From NCBI RefSeq assembly GCF_036588685.1, contig NC_086377.1, positions 13,516,001 through 13,580,000 on the forward strand: a DNA stretch of 64,000 nt. Direction: 5' to 3'. Position numbers and translations under genes: made by a program. The first letter of the stretch is position 1, and each line of letters begins with the position of its first letter. The notes beneath the pieces are model-generated. The model had not been told where the DNA came from, ran no database searches, and saw nothing but the letters and a program-made list of their open reading frames with translations. The DNA is from Mytilus trossulus. Lineage: Eukaryota. Positions 19,805-32,401 of this stretch are shown here, piece after piece.

Positions 19805-21281
19805 TTATTTTTTATGTATCCACAACACAAAGAAAACATTTTTTTTAGTAACTTTGATATGGTTAGCTTTTACTGACAGAGAGTTCGGCTTCAACTCTCT
19901 TTCTTTATATCTGTGCATCACAGCAACAAGTGAGAAATCACAACTACACAAATCATCCAAACATTCACATTTGTTGGCAAGAATATAGTAAGAGACTTCT
20001 CCTTTCAGGCTCAAAATATTTAACTGTGTTTGTGTTCCTTACACTGACTCTACTATACTCTAACGAGTGAATAGTAAATCCACGAAGTGATATTCTTCTA
20101 AAACATAAACACTTGTAATAACCTTTGGTTTTTAATAACCTTTGAATAAACCTCATCTGACAAATGCATTTTCATCTTGCTTCCAACTGAACCAGTAAGA
20201 GTACCAGTATATATTATTTTGAATTTTCTGACACATTTTGCATTTTTCTTCTGCGAATGCTTTATGAACTGGATCCTCAATATTGCAAGGATGGTCCCTT
20301 AATACCTTTCACAACGGTTCCATTTTGTATAGCTGTTACCGCATTGTTAATGCATTCTTGTGGTGTCTTTTCTCAGGGTCTGGTTCAGAGCTGTTGTAAG
20401 GAAAAGTTCTACCAGTGCCTTCTATTGAGGTTATATATGTTTCTACTGAATGCATACATCTGAGGCAGCTATATTGTCCATTAAACTGGTTACAATTCAT
20501 TACTATACTTTTTGCTGGCAAATTTGCAGTGCCACAAATAAAAAAAAAGACACTTACTGTTGTGAGTTTGACCATTGTAATCAAAATCTATTCCATTTGT
20601 TTCTATATCTTTAAAGTGTTGACCAAACCTCCCATAAAAGGCTTTGATTCTCCAAACCATGGGTGACTGCAGATCTGTGAAAAATCTGTTGAAAGTGTAC
20701 ATACTCTTTTTTTAAGTCCGTCATGTGAATGCATGTAATGCAAACCAATGATTGTTAATAAGTCATTCAACTAGGCACCACTAATGCTATAACACATAGA
20801 ATAAAGTAAAATCAATACCATACTAGTATAAATTGTCATATGGTGACCAGGGTAGATTGTTGAATTTTGTTCAAAGTCGTAGCAATTGTCTACATTTTCA
20901 TTCTTTCATTCAGAGGTGTTAAAAAATTGTCGGCATCATCAGCTGATATATCTGGTGGTCCATTAACTCGTGCTATTTTTCATTAGATATAAATTCACCA
21001 GCATCTGCATTACTTTGATCTTTAAAGTGAAAAGTTGCCCCTTCAATCAAGCTACTTATAGTATCTTTAATCGCAGTGTCATCATTTTCCTCTTTATCAT
21101 TAACAATAGTTTCTGAGTCTGATGTCTCAAAATGGTCAACAAATAAGTTTATTGGACTCCACTGATCCAATTCAGTAACCAATTCAGGAACATCTACATT
21201 TTCTTCTGCTGACTCCACTTTTTTTGTTTTTTTTCGGTGGATTTGTTTCATGACAGTGTGATCAAGGTCATACTCTTCCAA
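19805..21281 (-). pseudogene. Degenerate EnSpm/CMC (CACTA-type) transposase
   Basis: Minus-strand motifs WFGESKP, CGTANLPAKSIVMNCNQFNGQYSCLRC (~20455-20535), KGIKGPS (~20289-20309) and HSLEYSR..RN, spread across frameshifts. Confidence 0.7.
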
Positions 21282-21557
21282 GCTTGTCTACTTTTCTAGT
21301 TGGTTGGTTGTCATTACCGAAAAGAAAGCTGATAAAAAATTGAATAAAAAGAATGCACCCAAAAAATATAGATTTCCAATACAGAATCACAACGCCACCT
21401 ACGTACATGACACACCTAAAACTTTTTGTCGCTCTTGTTAAATCTTGTTTGATCACTAAATTTTAGTAAAGTTTTAATAGCTTTCGGTTCTTGTTTCAAT
21501 ATCTTGTATTGTAATAAATGAGGCGGTACAGAATACTATGGGAATGATGTGATAATT

Positions 21558-21717
21558 AAATAATTAATGGCAGTTGTAGATTTGTTTTCATTTAACCATG
21601 GGTTCGGCATTTATATACGGTTATTTTACCCTGAGCGTTAGCGAGGGGTAAAATAAGAATATAAATGCCCAACCCATAGTTAAATGAAAACAAATGTATG
21701 ACTGACATGAATTATTT
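21558..21717. repeat. ~160-bp imperfect inverted repeat (long hairpin/cruciform)
   Basis: Left arm AAATAATTAATGGCAGTTGTAGATTTGTTTTCATTTAACCATGGG...TTATTTTACCC pairs with right arm GGGTAAAATAA...CCCATAGTTAAATGAAAACAAATGTATGACTGACATGAATTATTT; loop GAGCGTTAGCGA. Confidence 0.9.
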
Positions 21718-22493
21718 AGATTCTAATAGGACAAATTCGGTAATTTTGTTAACCGTGATAGCCATATACATACACGACCATACTGTTTTGGCTGTTCTGT
21801 TTTACCCAATTTAAATAATACATGTATAAGTAAATATATTAAGTAAATATAAATTATTCATTATTGTTTTTTAATCTCTTGTTTTTTCACATTTATATTT
21901 TCTTCCAATGTAGTTTTATTTGGTCTGAGGCATACGTACAAGAAGCTTTAAAACGCCCAGCATTTACATTTGATTTTTTTGTTTACATAATACTACTTGT
22001 GACGTCACATTGTTCCGTTGCCATGCCAAGACAATAACATCATTTTGCAGAATTTTCGTTTTCTAAAATTTTACCATGAAAAATACATTGAAAAGGTTGT
22101 AATTGTTTATTTTGGTGTAGAAAAGAGATAAATATATTGTGTCTGAAACTTGGGAGTTTGATGTCGAAAATCTAGAATATCTGCATGTATAAATAAGTTG
22201 GTCGTAACGCAGAACAGACATTTTTGTCAAATTGTTACAATCCCCTTTCTATTATTTTTCCCTTACTAATTTATATGTTTACTGATAAGTGCCAGCCTAG
22301 TGATTGACCTTGGAGAAAGGGACTTGTATAATAACATTTTATAACGACCAGATACTGGTCGGTAAGAGGTTATTATTTCACATCTGCTGATAATAGATCA
22401 TTAGGCGGTCATGTGTATATATCCCATGATATTCTCCCATATTTTATCTCAAGTAGATTACAATTTCACTTTTCTAATGATTCCAACATCAAA

Positions 22494-22977
22494 ATGGATA
22501 CATATGTCATATCTGCTGCAATAGATTTTGGAGAAGTTGTCATTTACTGAAATCAAAATTAACCAGAGAAAAGTTGTAGAAAGTTTTTTGGCAGGCAAAT
22601 ATGTATTTTCTGTTCTCCAACTGGAAGTGGCAAATCACAAACTTTTGAAATAGCACCTTTTGTATTTAAATATTTACAGAAGAATGATATGTGTATAGTA
22701 CTTGTTATTTCGCCTCTATCATCTTTAATGCGCACCATGACTCCAGCATTGAATAGAGGAGGGATTAAAGCAGTATATTTGAAGGACATTACCTCACCAT
22801 ATAATTTTGAGGACAGCCTAACAAATCTTTCCTTAGGAGATGTGAAGGAAGGCAAAATATTAACATTATTTTCTCCTGTCACTTATTGGACACTAAAGAA
22901 AACTACTGTTGGATTTGGCAAAATATTTTTTTTATCAAGACAGTATTTGTAGATGAAGCTCACTGCATAAAAAAGTT
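22494..22977 (+). pseudogene. RecQ-like SF2 helicase first exon (frameshifted)
   Basis: SPTGSGKSQTFEIAP (motif I), VLVISPLSSLM (motif Ia), VFVDEAHCIKK (motif II), followed by a GTAAGT splice donor at ~22978. Confidence 0.8.
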
Positions 22978-23157
22978 GTAAGTATTTATTTTTGTACATA
23001 TAACAATGTGTAATACTAAAGTAGAAAAAAAATCACCTGACTCGCTCTATTATAAGCTTTAACATACATCAGAATAAATATGTATATCTTTAAAATAGTA
23101 CATGCACACAAAAGAACTTCATATATTTATAATAAAATCAACGGTACCAATTTTGTT

Positions 23158-23201
23158 GCACCAGATGCGCATTTCGACAAAACATGTCTCTTCAGTGATG
23201 C
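23158..23201 (-). ncRNA. Type I hammerhead ribozyme, intact core
   Basis: Minus strand GCAUCA-CUGAAGA-GACA-UGUUU-UGUC-GAAA-UGCGCA-UC^-UGGUGC: helix I 6 bp, helix II 4 bp, palindromic minimal helix III, AUC cleavage triplet. Confidence 0.9.
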
Positions 23202-23508
23202 TCGAGGCCAAAATATTTGAAATCCAAAGCTGATATAAAAGATGAAGAGCTACAATCCAAAAGGTCCAAAAAGTATAGTCTAATTCGTGAAAGGAATCAG
23301 AGCTTTGCATGAGGGAGATACATTCCTTAATTTATAATAATTTCTAATATTTTGTAACAGCAAATTAAAATAACACCAAAAAATCCCTATTTTCATGCCA
23401 GTACCGAAGTACTGGCTACTGGGCTGGTGATACCCTCGGGGACTAATAGTCCACCAGCAGAGGCATCGACCCAGTGGTAGTAATAAAATCAACGGTACCA
23501 ATTTTGTT

Positions 23509-23552
23509 GCACCAGATGCGCATTTCGACAAAACATGTCTCTTCAGTGATGC
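23509..23552 (-). ncRNA. Type I hammerhead ribozyme, second tandem copy
   Basis: Same sequence as 23158-23201, 351 bp downstream. Confidence 0.9.
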
Positions 23553-24589
23553 TCGTGGCCAAAATATTTGAAATCCAAAGCTTATATAAAAGATGAAGAG
23601 CTATAAGTGTATATATATATATCTGTACATGCACTAAATTTTTAATGTTTATTTATTCAAAACGTTCTCATTTAATTTTACTTTTAATAAAGGTTGTAAT
23701 TATAAAACGATAAAAAGTCTTGAAAATATTCTTCATTTCATACACAGCAGTTAGCATCTAAACCAAATTCTCTTCAAATCACAGGAAGGAAGTAAAATTA
23801 AAATAAATATGTCCTTAAATGCACACACATTTGTTTGTAACATCTGATTCTTGGCCTTGTTAGTCTTTATATGATAAATGTCATACAAATGCTAGTCAGA
23901 TACATTCACTCTTTGAAATAACAATCAAATATGATTGATTGTCTTATGATTCAGTTTACTGAGACATTTTATTAAAAGGTGAACTCTTTGCCGCTGTGAT
24001 TCCTCTTTAAACACTATCTTGTTCTGAACTTCTCCCTTCATACAGGATGATGTCTGTTTACTGTTGCAATGTAAGAATGATTTTATTAAGATTTTCAACT
24101 ATATGTAATGCTTAGTAGAATATGAAATGAAAAGTAGGGGGTTATTGGGCAAAATATGTAATGGCACTACAAGGATTCCAAATATCTAGCTGAATTCATA
24201 AATTAGTGGAGTGAAGATCCTTATTAAAATGTAAAAAAAGGAAAACTATCAAAAATGGAAAGCAAAGCAACTACCCTGTTTACCTCACCAAAAAAAATGA
24301 CATCTTGAACACTTTTCAAAAAGTCATTGCTCTTTATGTTGAAGTAAACCAAACATGGCATTTAATCATTGGACCAGTAAATATATTACACAAACCATCC
24401 AAAAAAGTACAATTGCCCTACATTCATCAGTAAAAAATTGATTTGATTCTTTAAAATTCTTCTCCTTTTTTTTTTAAAGTCATTCATCGTTTACAAAAAT
24501 TGATTTGAAAATATATATATATATAGAAATGACAAACTTTTAAAAATAACTTGAGACTATTCAAACAACAGGTTTGAAGTTCTGATTTT

Positions 24590-27150
24590 TTTTCTAAAAT
24601 TTAATGAAGTTGGTACCCCTGTGAAAGGATGCCTCGTCTCCGAATAGGGCAATTTGCAAAAAAAAGAAAGTTGATGACATTTGGGGTATGCCAAATCAAA
24701 TGTATAATATATCAATATCAAAATTTCAAAGGCCGTCCTAACGTCTTTTCCAAGTTCAAAGTCTACCCCATCTCATGATACATAGATACTGTTGATGGCC
24801 TTGTTTTCATTCCTTAGGATCAGCATATAGGGTGTGCTGTTAGATCTTCTGCTTTTAAAAACAGCCTGTGTTACGTGAAAAAGAGAAATAATATGACTTT
24901 CTGGTCTTTTCTTTTCTATATATAATATATGTTTATAAATGCAGTATGATAATTCAACAACTTTATAACAAGGTTCTAGATATTACATGGCAATCCTTTT
25001 TCTTTTGATATTTGAAGGACATGGCTTCACAACTATTAGATACAACTACATCTCTTTTATATGTACTTGTCGCTTCAAGGTAGAATAGTTGTTAATATTT
25101 TCCCTCATTCCATCACCCCCCAGGGTGACTGGGGAATAGAAATATGGTCACTTAGTCTTCTCCCGACCGGCAGTAAAACGCTTGCCGAACTGGGGCGTCC
25201 GTTTGGCTGTGCGGGATGTATTAAGTTCGCAGTCACGTCCGGTCAGAATGGGGACGTTAAATCCGATGTCTCGTGTAAAGAGAGTGCAACGCTCTTTGCA
25301 CGTTAAGAACCCTTACAACAACTCTTTGAGAACCCGTAGGTGGCCTGTTGTAAGGCAAAATTTCTTACCTTATCCAATATACCCTCATTTACCAGTGGCA
25401 GTCGAAATTATCCCGACCATCGTCCCATTTGGCCTCTATTACATGTATTATGACAATACCTACCTATTGTATTTATTGTGAAATTGTTCTTGTCCTGAAT
25501 ATGCATGCAATATTTGCCACTGGACGTTAAGCAACCAACAATCAATCATTCCATCACTCTGTTTAAAGATATTGATTAAAATGCCTACCAATGTTAAAAA
25601 TTAGCTAAGGGAATGACCTATTGTTTGGCATTTATCAGTATAAATAGGTATGAAACATTTCTCATCGGCACATCTGATATCAAGGGGACATCTTTCTTTG
25701 AAGCCTTATATTTAATGGCATCAGCAACTTTATGAAAGTCTTCATCCATTGAGGAATCATCTTCATTCTTTACAAAAAAAAAACAGAATGGGATTAAAAT
25801 GCAGTTTATATTTTGAATGTTTAATATTTAATTACTATTTTATCAGAATGGTAGAATGTAACATAGATTTATCTTTTTATTTCAACTTTTTCAGAAGAAA
25901 AGATGATTACTTATTTTACTTAAATAGAAAAAAAGATACCTTGTGTATAAATGAGTTGGAATAACTAAAAATAATAATCAAAATTTTTAAAGGATAAAAA
26001 TTAAAAACCCTTTTTCCAAATTTGACCATGAAAGCTCGTTTTTTATACTGAAACATATGTATAAATATTTACCTCAGTATCTCCAAAGATTCCATCTAGT
26101 TTTCTCAACATATCGGTCCAATTCTCTTTACGTAGGTCAAAGTTCCTACCTGGTTTCAATAGATAGAATTCTTTTTGAATCTGAAAAATAAATCTCATCA
26201 TAGCATTTGAAAATATTATATAGAATGGTTTGATGAAAAATATTGAGTGGCCAATATTGCATGATTATCAGTACAATTGAGAACATGTTGTTTAGTATGA
26301 ATATATATCATGCTACCAGATTTTCAATGTAATAGTTCACAAAGAGAGTCAAGAGGGAGATGAGTATACTATACATAATTCAAATTATATAGGGAATACC
26401 AGTCCTTTAGCATTAATCAGGTCCAGGGCCAATCCAGTATATTAAATTTAATTTTCTATTGTGAATATATTAAAAGTAATTTAGAGCTGGTAAACTCAGT
26501 GTATGATAAATATTACTGGTTATGGAATACATTCTTCTGCATTAATTTCTATATTTTTCAAGAAATGCATTATTTTAATTTTGAAATGTATTATTTTAAT
26601 TTTGGTTTCTTGTGTACAATTTGGAAATTAGTATGGCGTTCATTATCACTGAACTAGTATATATTTGTTTAGGGGCCAGCTGAAGGACGCCTCCGGGTGC
26701 AAGAATTTATTGCTACATTGAAGACTTGTTGGTGACCTTCTGCTGTTGTTTTTTTCTTTGGTCGGGTTGTTGTCTCTTTGACACATTCCCCATTTCCATT
26801 TTCAATTTTACACTTGCATCCAATAAGTTAAGGCCATTACTTTTCTCATTTGAATTGTTGATCATTGTCATTTCGGGGCCTGTTGTAGCGGACTATGCAG
26901 TATGGGCTTTGCTCATTGTTGAAGACCATATGGTTACCTATATTTGTTAATTTCTGTGTCATGTAGGTCTCTTCTGGAGAGTTGTCTTATTGGCAATCAT
27001 ACCACATCTTCTATTTTATATGTGTAAACCTTTTCTTAAAAAGAAAATCCAATGGCGACCTGGATTGCTCAAGAATTGTAAAATAATGTAATCATATATA
27101 CATGTCACTTACAAAATTTGTCATCTTCAGTAATGGATATTTCTGTACAA
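24590..27150 (-). pseudogene. Multi-exon SAMD3-like accessory gene (C-terminal part), EnSpm/CMC-associated
   Basis: Candidate exons: KYPLLKMTNF|gtaag (~27112-27143); IQKEFYLLKPGRNFDLRKENWTDMLRKLDGIFGDTE (26073-26180, AG/GT-bounded, 108 nt); NEDDSSMDEDFHKV... (~25620-25768); and AFEILILIYYTFDLAYPKCHQLSFFLQIALF (motif at 24680-24733, matching the 'YYxFxLxYP...FxQ' pattern). Contains stops. Confidence 0.55.
25116..25548 (+). mobile_element. Full-length SINE (Nin/Deu-like core, LINE-type (CAAT)n tail)
   Basis: Begins CCCCCAGGGTGACTGGGG; core GGGGACGTTAAATCCG...GCACGTTAAGAACCC; tail GGACGTTAAGCAACCAACAATCAATC; 12-bp TSD TCATTCCATCAC (25105-25116 / 25546-25557). Confidence 0.9.
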
Positions 27151-27393
27151 CATATTTAATCAAAAATTTTTGAATGAAAGGACCGAGCTTGGGGGTCAGC
27201 AGAAAAAAAATATTGTTCATATCGTTTTTGCAAGTTAAATTGAACTGTTAATTGACAAAGTATGAGGGTAATAGCAAGTTTCTTGCCCCTGAGATATAAA
27301 CTATTGTTCACGGTGACGCTATTATAATTATAAACACAAAACCAATAGTCATCAATTATTTTATTATGATGACACAGACCAAATCATTTTCAA

Positions 27394-27750
27394 TTGATTG
27401 ATTGATTGATTGTTGGTTGCTTAACGTCCAGTAGCAAATATTTCATGCATATTCAGGACGAAAACAAGTTAACAATAAATGCTATAGGTAGGTTGTTATA
27501 ATGGAGGATGATGGTCGGGGAAATTTGGACTGCCACTGGAAAATGAGGGTATATTGGATAGAGACAAAAAAAATGCCTTGCAACAAACCACTTACGGACC
27601 CCTCAAAGAGTTGTTGCAAGGGTTCTTAACGTGACTGCGAACTTGATACATCTCGCACAGCCAAACGGACGCCCCACTTTGGCAAGCGTTTTACTACCGG
27701 TAGGGAGAAGACCAAGTGACCATATTGCTATACCCCAGTCACCCTTGGGG
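27394..27750 (-). mobile_element. SINE copy, same family
   Basis: Homologous to 25116-25548; 16-bp TSD with one mismatch, ACCAA(A/C)TCATTTTCAA (27378-27393 / 27751-27766). Confidence 0.9.
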
Positions 27751-27988
27751 ACCAACTCATTTTCAAAAGACTACATTTACTTAGAATAAAATAGTCAGAT
27801 AAACATGCACAGGATGAACTATTGCTTTTTTTGCCCCTGTCTCTGTGGTTAACAACATGGTATACTATATATGTCAATATCTAATTTACTATTTTATTCC
27901 AAATCAGGAAATCGTGTGTAAAAATACCTGTGCATACATGAACTAAAATATGAGAATGGAATGCATACACCAAAGCCATCCCAGATTA

Positions 27989-28246
27989 TGATTGATTGAT
28001 TGTTGGTTGCTAAACGTCCAGTGGCGAATATGTCATGCATATGCAGGACGAGAACAAGTTCACAATAAATACTATAGGTAGGTAGTGAAATAACAGAGGC
28101 CATATGGGATGATGGTCGGGAAAATTTGGACTGCCACTGGAAAATGAGGGTATACTGGATAGGGACGGGAATTTTGCCTTGCAACAGGTCACCTACGGAC
28201 CCCTCAAAGAGTTGTTGCTAGGGTTCTTAACGTGCAACGCCCCAGT
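27989..28246 (-). mobile_element. 5'-truncated SINE copy, same family
   Basis: Homologous to the 3' two-thirds of 25116-25548. Confidence 0.85.
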
Positions 28247-28658
28247 TTATGAAGAAGACGACAGACCCTTGCCATAACGGCCATTTCAATAAGGGTGTTT
28301 CCAATCCAGAATAAAGGGGGATTTGAATTACAAGTCCCCATTTAATTCCATTGATTGTTTAAAAAAGGGGATTCCAATCCCATGACCCCCCCCCCCCCCT
28401 CTTGGATATGTCACTGATATAGTTATGTTTTAGTTATAACATGCCTTCGTCGTATAGAAAAAACCATACCGAGATATGATAGGATTGATTGATTGATTGT
28501 TGGTTGCTTTACGCCGCATTAGCACAAAAAGGCTATATCGCGGCGAGAGCTAATTCGACTATTTTTACAATTTAAAGCATATTTTTAAAATAAGACAAAA
28601 GGTCCTTCAATATACTAAAATTCTTGACTAAAGCAAATTGAGTATATACAAATAAAAA

Positions 28659-31600
28659 TCAACAGTAAAATAACGTGATAAAAATTAAAATCGATTTAAA
28701 TATAATAAAAATTTTATATTCTATATAAATTCCAATTTCTTTTAAAAAAGCAACAATATTTGTAAATGGAACATTATTAAATAAATCATACATATTATTG
28801 ACATTGAAATGCTTCTTACGAATATCAGCAAAGTCAATACAATTAATTAAAACATGTTTAATAGTATACTTGCAGTTGCAAGGAACACATTGTGGTTCAT
28901 CTTCATTTTTTAAAAGATACTCGTGTGTTATTCTAGTATGACCAATACGGCATCTAGTAATAACACACTGATCTTTTCTGCACATAATATTATTAAAAGG
29001 TTTGCCTAAACTAGGTTTAATTTCATGCAATTTATTATCATCTTTTTTACTCCATTTATCTTTCAATATATTAAAAACATATTCTCTAATATTAGATTTA
29101 AAATCAGTATATGGTATATCACAGTTAGATAGAGGGTCACCCAGGGCATTCTTTGCCTCAAGGTCTACAGCTGTGTTTCCAAGGATTCCAACATGACTCG
29201 GAACCCATAGAAATATTATTTCTTTCAGAAGAATTTTTAAATTCCTCATTACATATAAAATTTTCAGGATTGTTGGGTTTTTAATTTTAGTATTTCGTAT
29301 AGCTTGTAAACATGAAAGTGAATCCGAACATATAATAAATTTGGATTTATCTGAAGAAGCAATAAATTTCAAAGCCAAAATTATTGCTTCTGCTTCAGCA
29401 GTAAAGATGGATGCATCAGATGGCAAACGGAGGGTTGCAGCTCTGTCCCTGAAGACAGCAGCAGATGCAACCCTATCACCATCTTTTGATCCATCAGTAT
29501 ATACAGTTGAAAAATCGAGATAATCGGCTTTAATTTCAGCATAGTGTTGCTGAATTAAAAGAGGATTTGTTTTATTTTTATTGTGTTCACGGAGATCAAA
29601 TATCATTTTTGGTTTGGGAAGTTCCCATGGAGGACATTTGCAAGTTTGAACTTGAGCAACAGATTTTAAATCAAAAGAAGCTAAATGTGGTTTTAAACGT
29701 AAACCTAACGGAGGAATTTTATTTTCATGTTTTGCAAAAATATCATTCATAAGTCGGATTAAAAACACAGCTGTAGGCAGGATTATCTGAGTGGGCTTTT
29801 AGTTTGACAGCATATTGAAGTCCAAGCTTCAAACGTCTGTCAGCGAGTGAGTGCTCATCAGCCTCTACATACAGACTCTCAACTGGTGAGGTTTTAAATG
29901 CGCCAAGACAGAGACGCAAACCTTGGTGATGCACAGCATCGAGAATCTGTATGTAGGACTTCCTTGCAGAGCCATACACTATAGAACCATAATCTAGTTT
30001 AGATCTCACAAGAGATCTATATAAATTGAGTAAAATGTTGCGATCAGCACCCCAGTCAGTGCTGCCGACAACTTTTAAAATATCTAAAGCTTTTAAACAT
30101 CTCGCTTTTAACATTTTGATATGGGGTAGAAAGGTTAACTTTTTATCGAACAGTAAACCAAGAAATTTGGTTTCATCAACCATTTTAATTGGGTTGCCGT
30201 ACAAAGTTAGTTCTGGATCAAGATGCAATTTTCTTTTGTTACAAAAATGCATCCCGACCGTTTTTTAAGTGGAAAATTTAAAACCATTTTCCGAGGCCCA
30301 TTTTTCAATTCTTCCAAGACATAACTGCAATTGTCTTTCAATGTTATTCATATTTTTGCCTCTGTAACATATTAAAAAATCATCAACGTACAATGAACCT
30401 TCAATATTACTTTTTAAAACTTCAACAAGGCTGTTTATTTTAAGACTAAATAATGTAACAGATAAAATACTGCCCTGAGGGACACCCATCTCTTGATCAT
30501 AAAGATCAGACATGGTGGAATTAACTCTAACATTAAATTGTCTGTTAGAGAGAAAATTAGAAATAAAATTAGGCATATTGCCTTTCAACCCCATATCAAA
30601 TAGATCTTTTAAAATACCATATTTCCATGCAGTATCATAGGCCTTCTCAAGGTCGAAAAAGACCGACACCACATGCTCATTTTTCGCAAAACCATTACGG
30701 ACAAATGATTCGAATCGAACAAGATGATCAAGAGTACTGCGACCCTGTCGGAATCCACACTGGATATTGGCTAATAGCCCATTGGATTCCAGGAACCAAA
30801 CAAGGCGATCATTGACCATCCGTTCGAGTGTTTTACAGACACAACTGGTAAGAGCAATTGGTCGATAATTAATAGGATCCGTATGATCTTTACTTGGTTT
30901 TGGAATAGGCACGACGGTTGCAAGCTTCCAGATTGATGGTAAATCACCAGATTCCCAGATGTTATTCATGAGCTGCAAGAGAGCTTCTAGCGAGGAATCT
31001 GGCAAGTGTTTTAAGAGTTGGTAGTGAATATTATCAGGCCCACAAGCTGTATCATGGGCTTTTGACAGAGATGTTTTAAGTTCTTCAAGAGAAAATAATT
31101 TATTATAATTTTCACAATTTTTTTATTTAAAGTTTAATTTATTTTTTTCTTTTTGTTTTTTTTAACTTTTTTTAAGTCTTCTCTGAAGTTGTTACAAGAA
31201 GAAGATTTCGCAAAAGTTTCACCAAGCTTGTTGGCAATATCCTTTTCAGATGTTAATAAATCATTGCCGTCTTTGAAATGTTTTACAGTGGCTTTAGAAT
31301 TTTACCTTTTATTTTATTTACCATATTCCAAACTTTTGTCATCGGAGTGCGAGATGTAATCCCCGAGACAAATTTTTTCCAGGATGTTCGTCGGGCTTGC
31401 CTACAAGTCCGCCGTGCCTTAGCGCGAAAAATACGGAAATTACTCAAGTTTTCCGTCGTTGGTTATTGATTGAACCATCTTTCAGATTTTTTACGGTCAC
31501 CTATGGCTTGATCACATGCGTCATCAAACCATGGTTTACTGGGATGTTTTGGATTTGCCGAGGTCTTAGGAATAGCTCTGTCAGCAATTGACGTTAGAAC

Positions 31601-32401
31601 TGTATTAAAAGTTAAAATTGGATCTTGCACAGTCTCAAACATCTTTGACTGAAGTTCCGCTCGACAGAGATTCTCAAACAAGGACCAGTCCGCCTTGTCA
31701 AGTTTCCAACGTGGTACTCTCTGTTGGGCAGAATTAAAAAGATGTTCAAGTACTATTGGAAAATGATCACTTCCACATAGATCATCATGAACACGCCATG
31801 AATAATCACGCCATGAATAATCCAGAAGCAGAGAGGGATCGCATATAGTGATATCAATAGAAGAATAAGACCCGTTTCCAGGATGAAGTTACGTATTAGA
31901 TCCATCATTAAAAATGCATAATCCTTCTTGAGAGACAAAGTCCTCAATGATCTTACCTTTGGCATTATGAGTCTTGCTACCCCATAATGGATTGTGGGCA
32001 TTGAAGTCGCCCATAAGTATAAATGGTGAGGGTAATTGATCAGTGAGGTTTTTGAGTTTTGCTTTATCGATAATTGAATTAGGTGGAATATATATCGAAC
32101 ATAATGTAATTGTTTTGTCTAATGATAAACGAATTGCAACTGCTTGCAGATCCGTTGTGAGTTGGACTGTGCTATGAATGACGTTGTCCTTCACAAAAAT
32201 GGATGATCCGCCTGCAGCACGTTCATCTACCTTAGAAAATCTACTATACATGTTGTATCCTTTTAAAGATACGTTGTCACTTTCTTTTAGATGAGTTTCT
32301 TGAAGACAAAATGCAATAGGTAAAAAAGACTGAACTAGAAGTGTTAACTCGAGAAGATTTATTTTAAGACCTCGGCAATTCCATTGGATTATATTTGTCA
32401 T
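28659..32401 (-). pseudogene. LINE ORF2 (APE endonuclease, reverse transcriptase, RNase H, C-terminal CCHC), broken by several frameshifts
   Basis: IIQWNCRGL, CLQETH, GDFNAH, YRPIALTS, FDLEKAYD, GVPQGSILS, YVDD, YTDGSK, CSDSLS, WVPSHVGILGN, CVPC..TIKHVLINC. Confidence 0.95.

Larger units (their letters stand above)
23131..23604 (-). mobile_element. Non-LTR retrozyme, ~351-bp tandem unit (1.35 copies) with two hammerhead ribozymes
   Basis: AATAAAATCAACGGTACC recurs at 23131 and 23482; each unit contains a type I hammerhead. Confidence 0.85.

Noticed and set aside
22494-22977. Host WRN/BLM/RECQL gene
   Set aside because: Frameshifted, only one exon recognised, and embedded in transposon debris; no symbol assigned.
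25116-25200. HDV-like or pistol ribozyme in the SINE head
   Set aside because: A 7-bp GGGUGAC/GUCACUU helix followed by GG resembles HDV P1/P1.1, but P2/P3/L3 (YCC) and J4/2 are missing; pistol P2 and linker lengths do not fit either.
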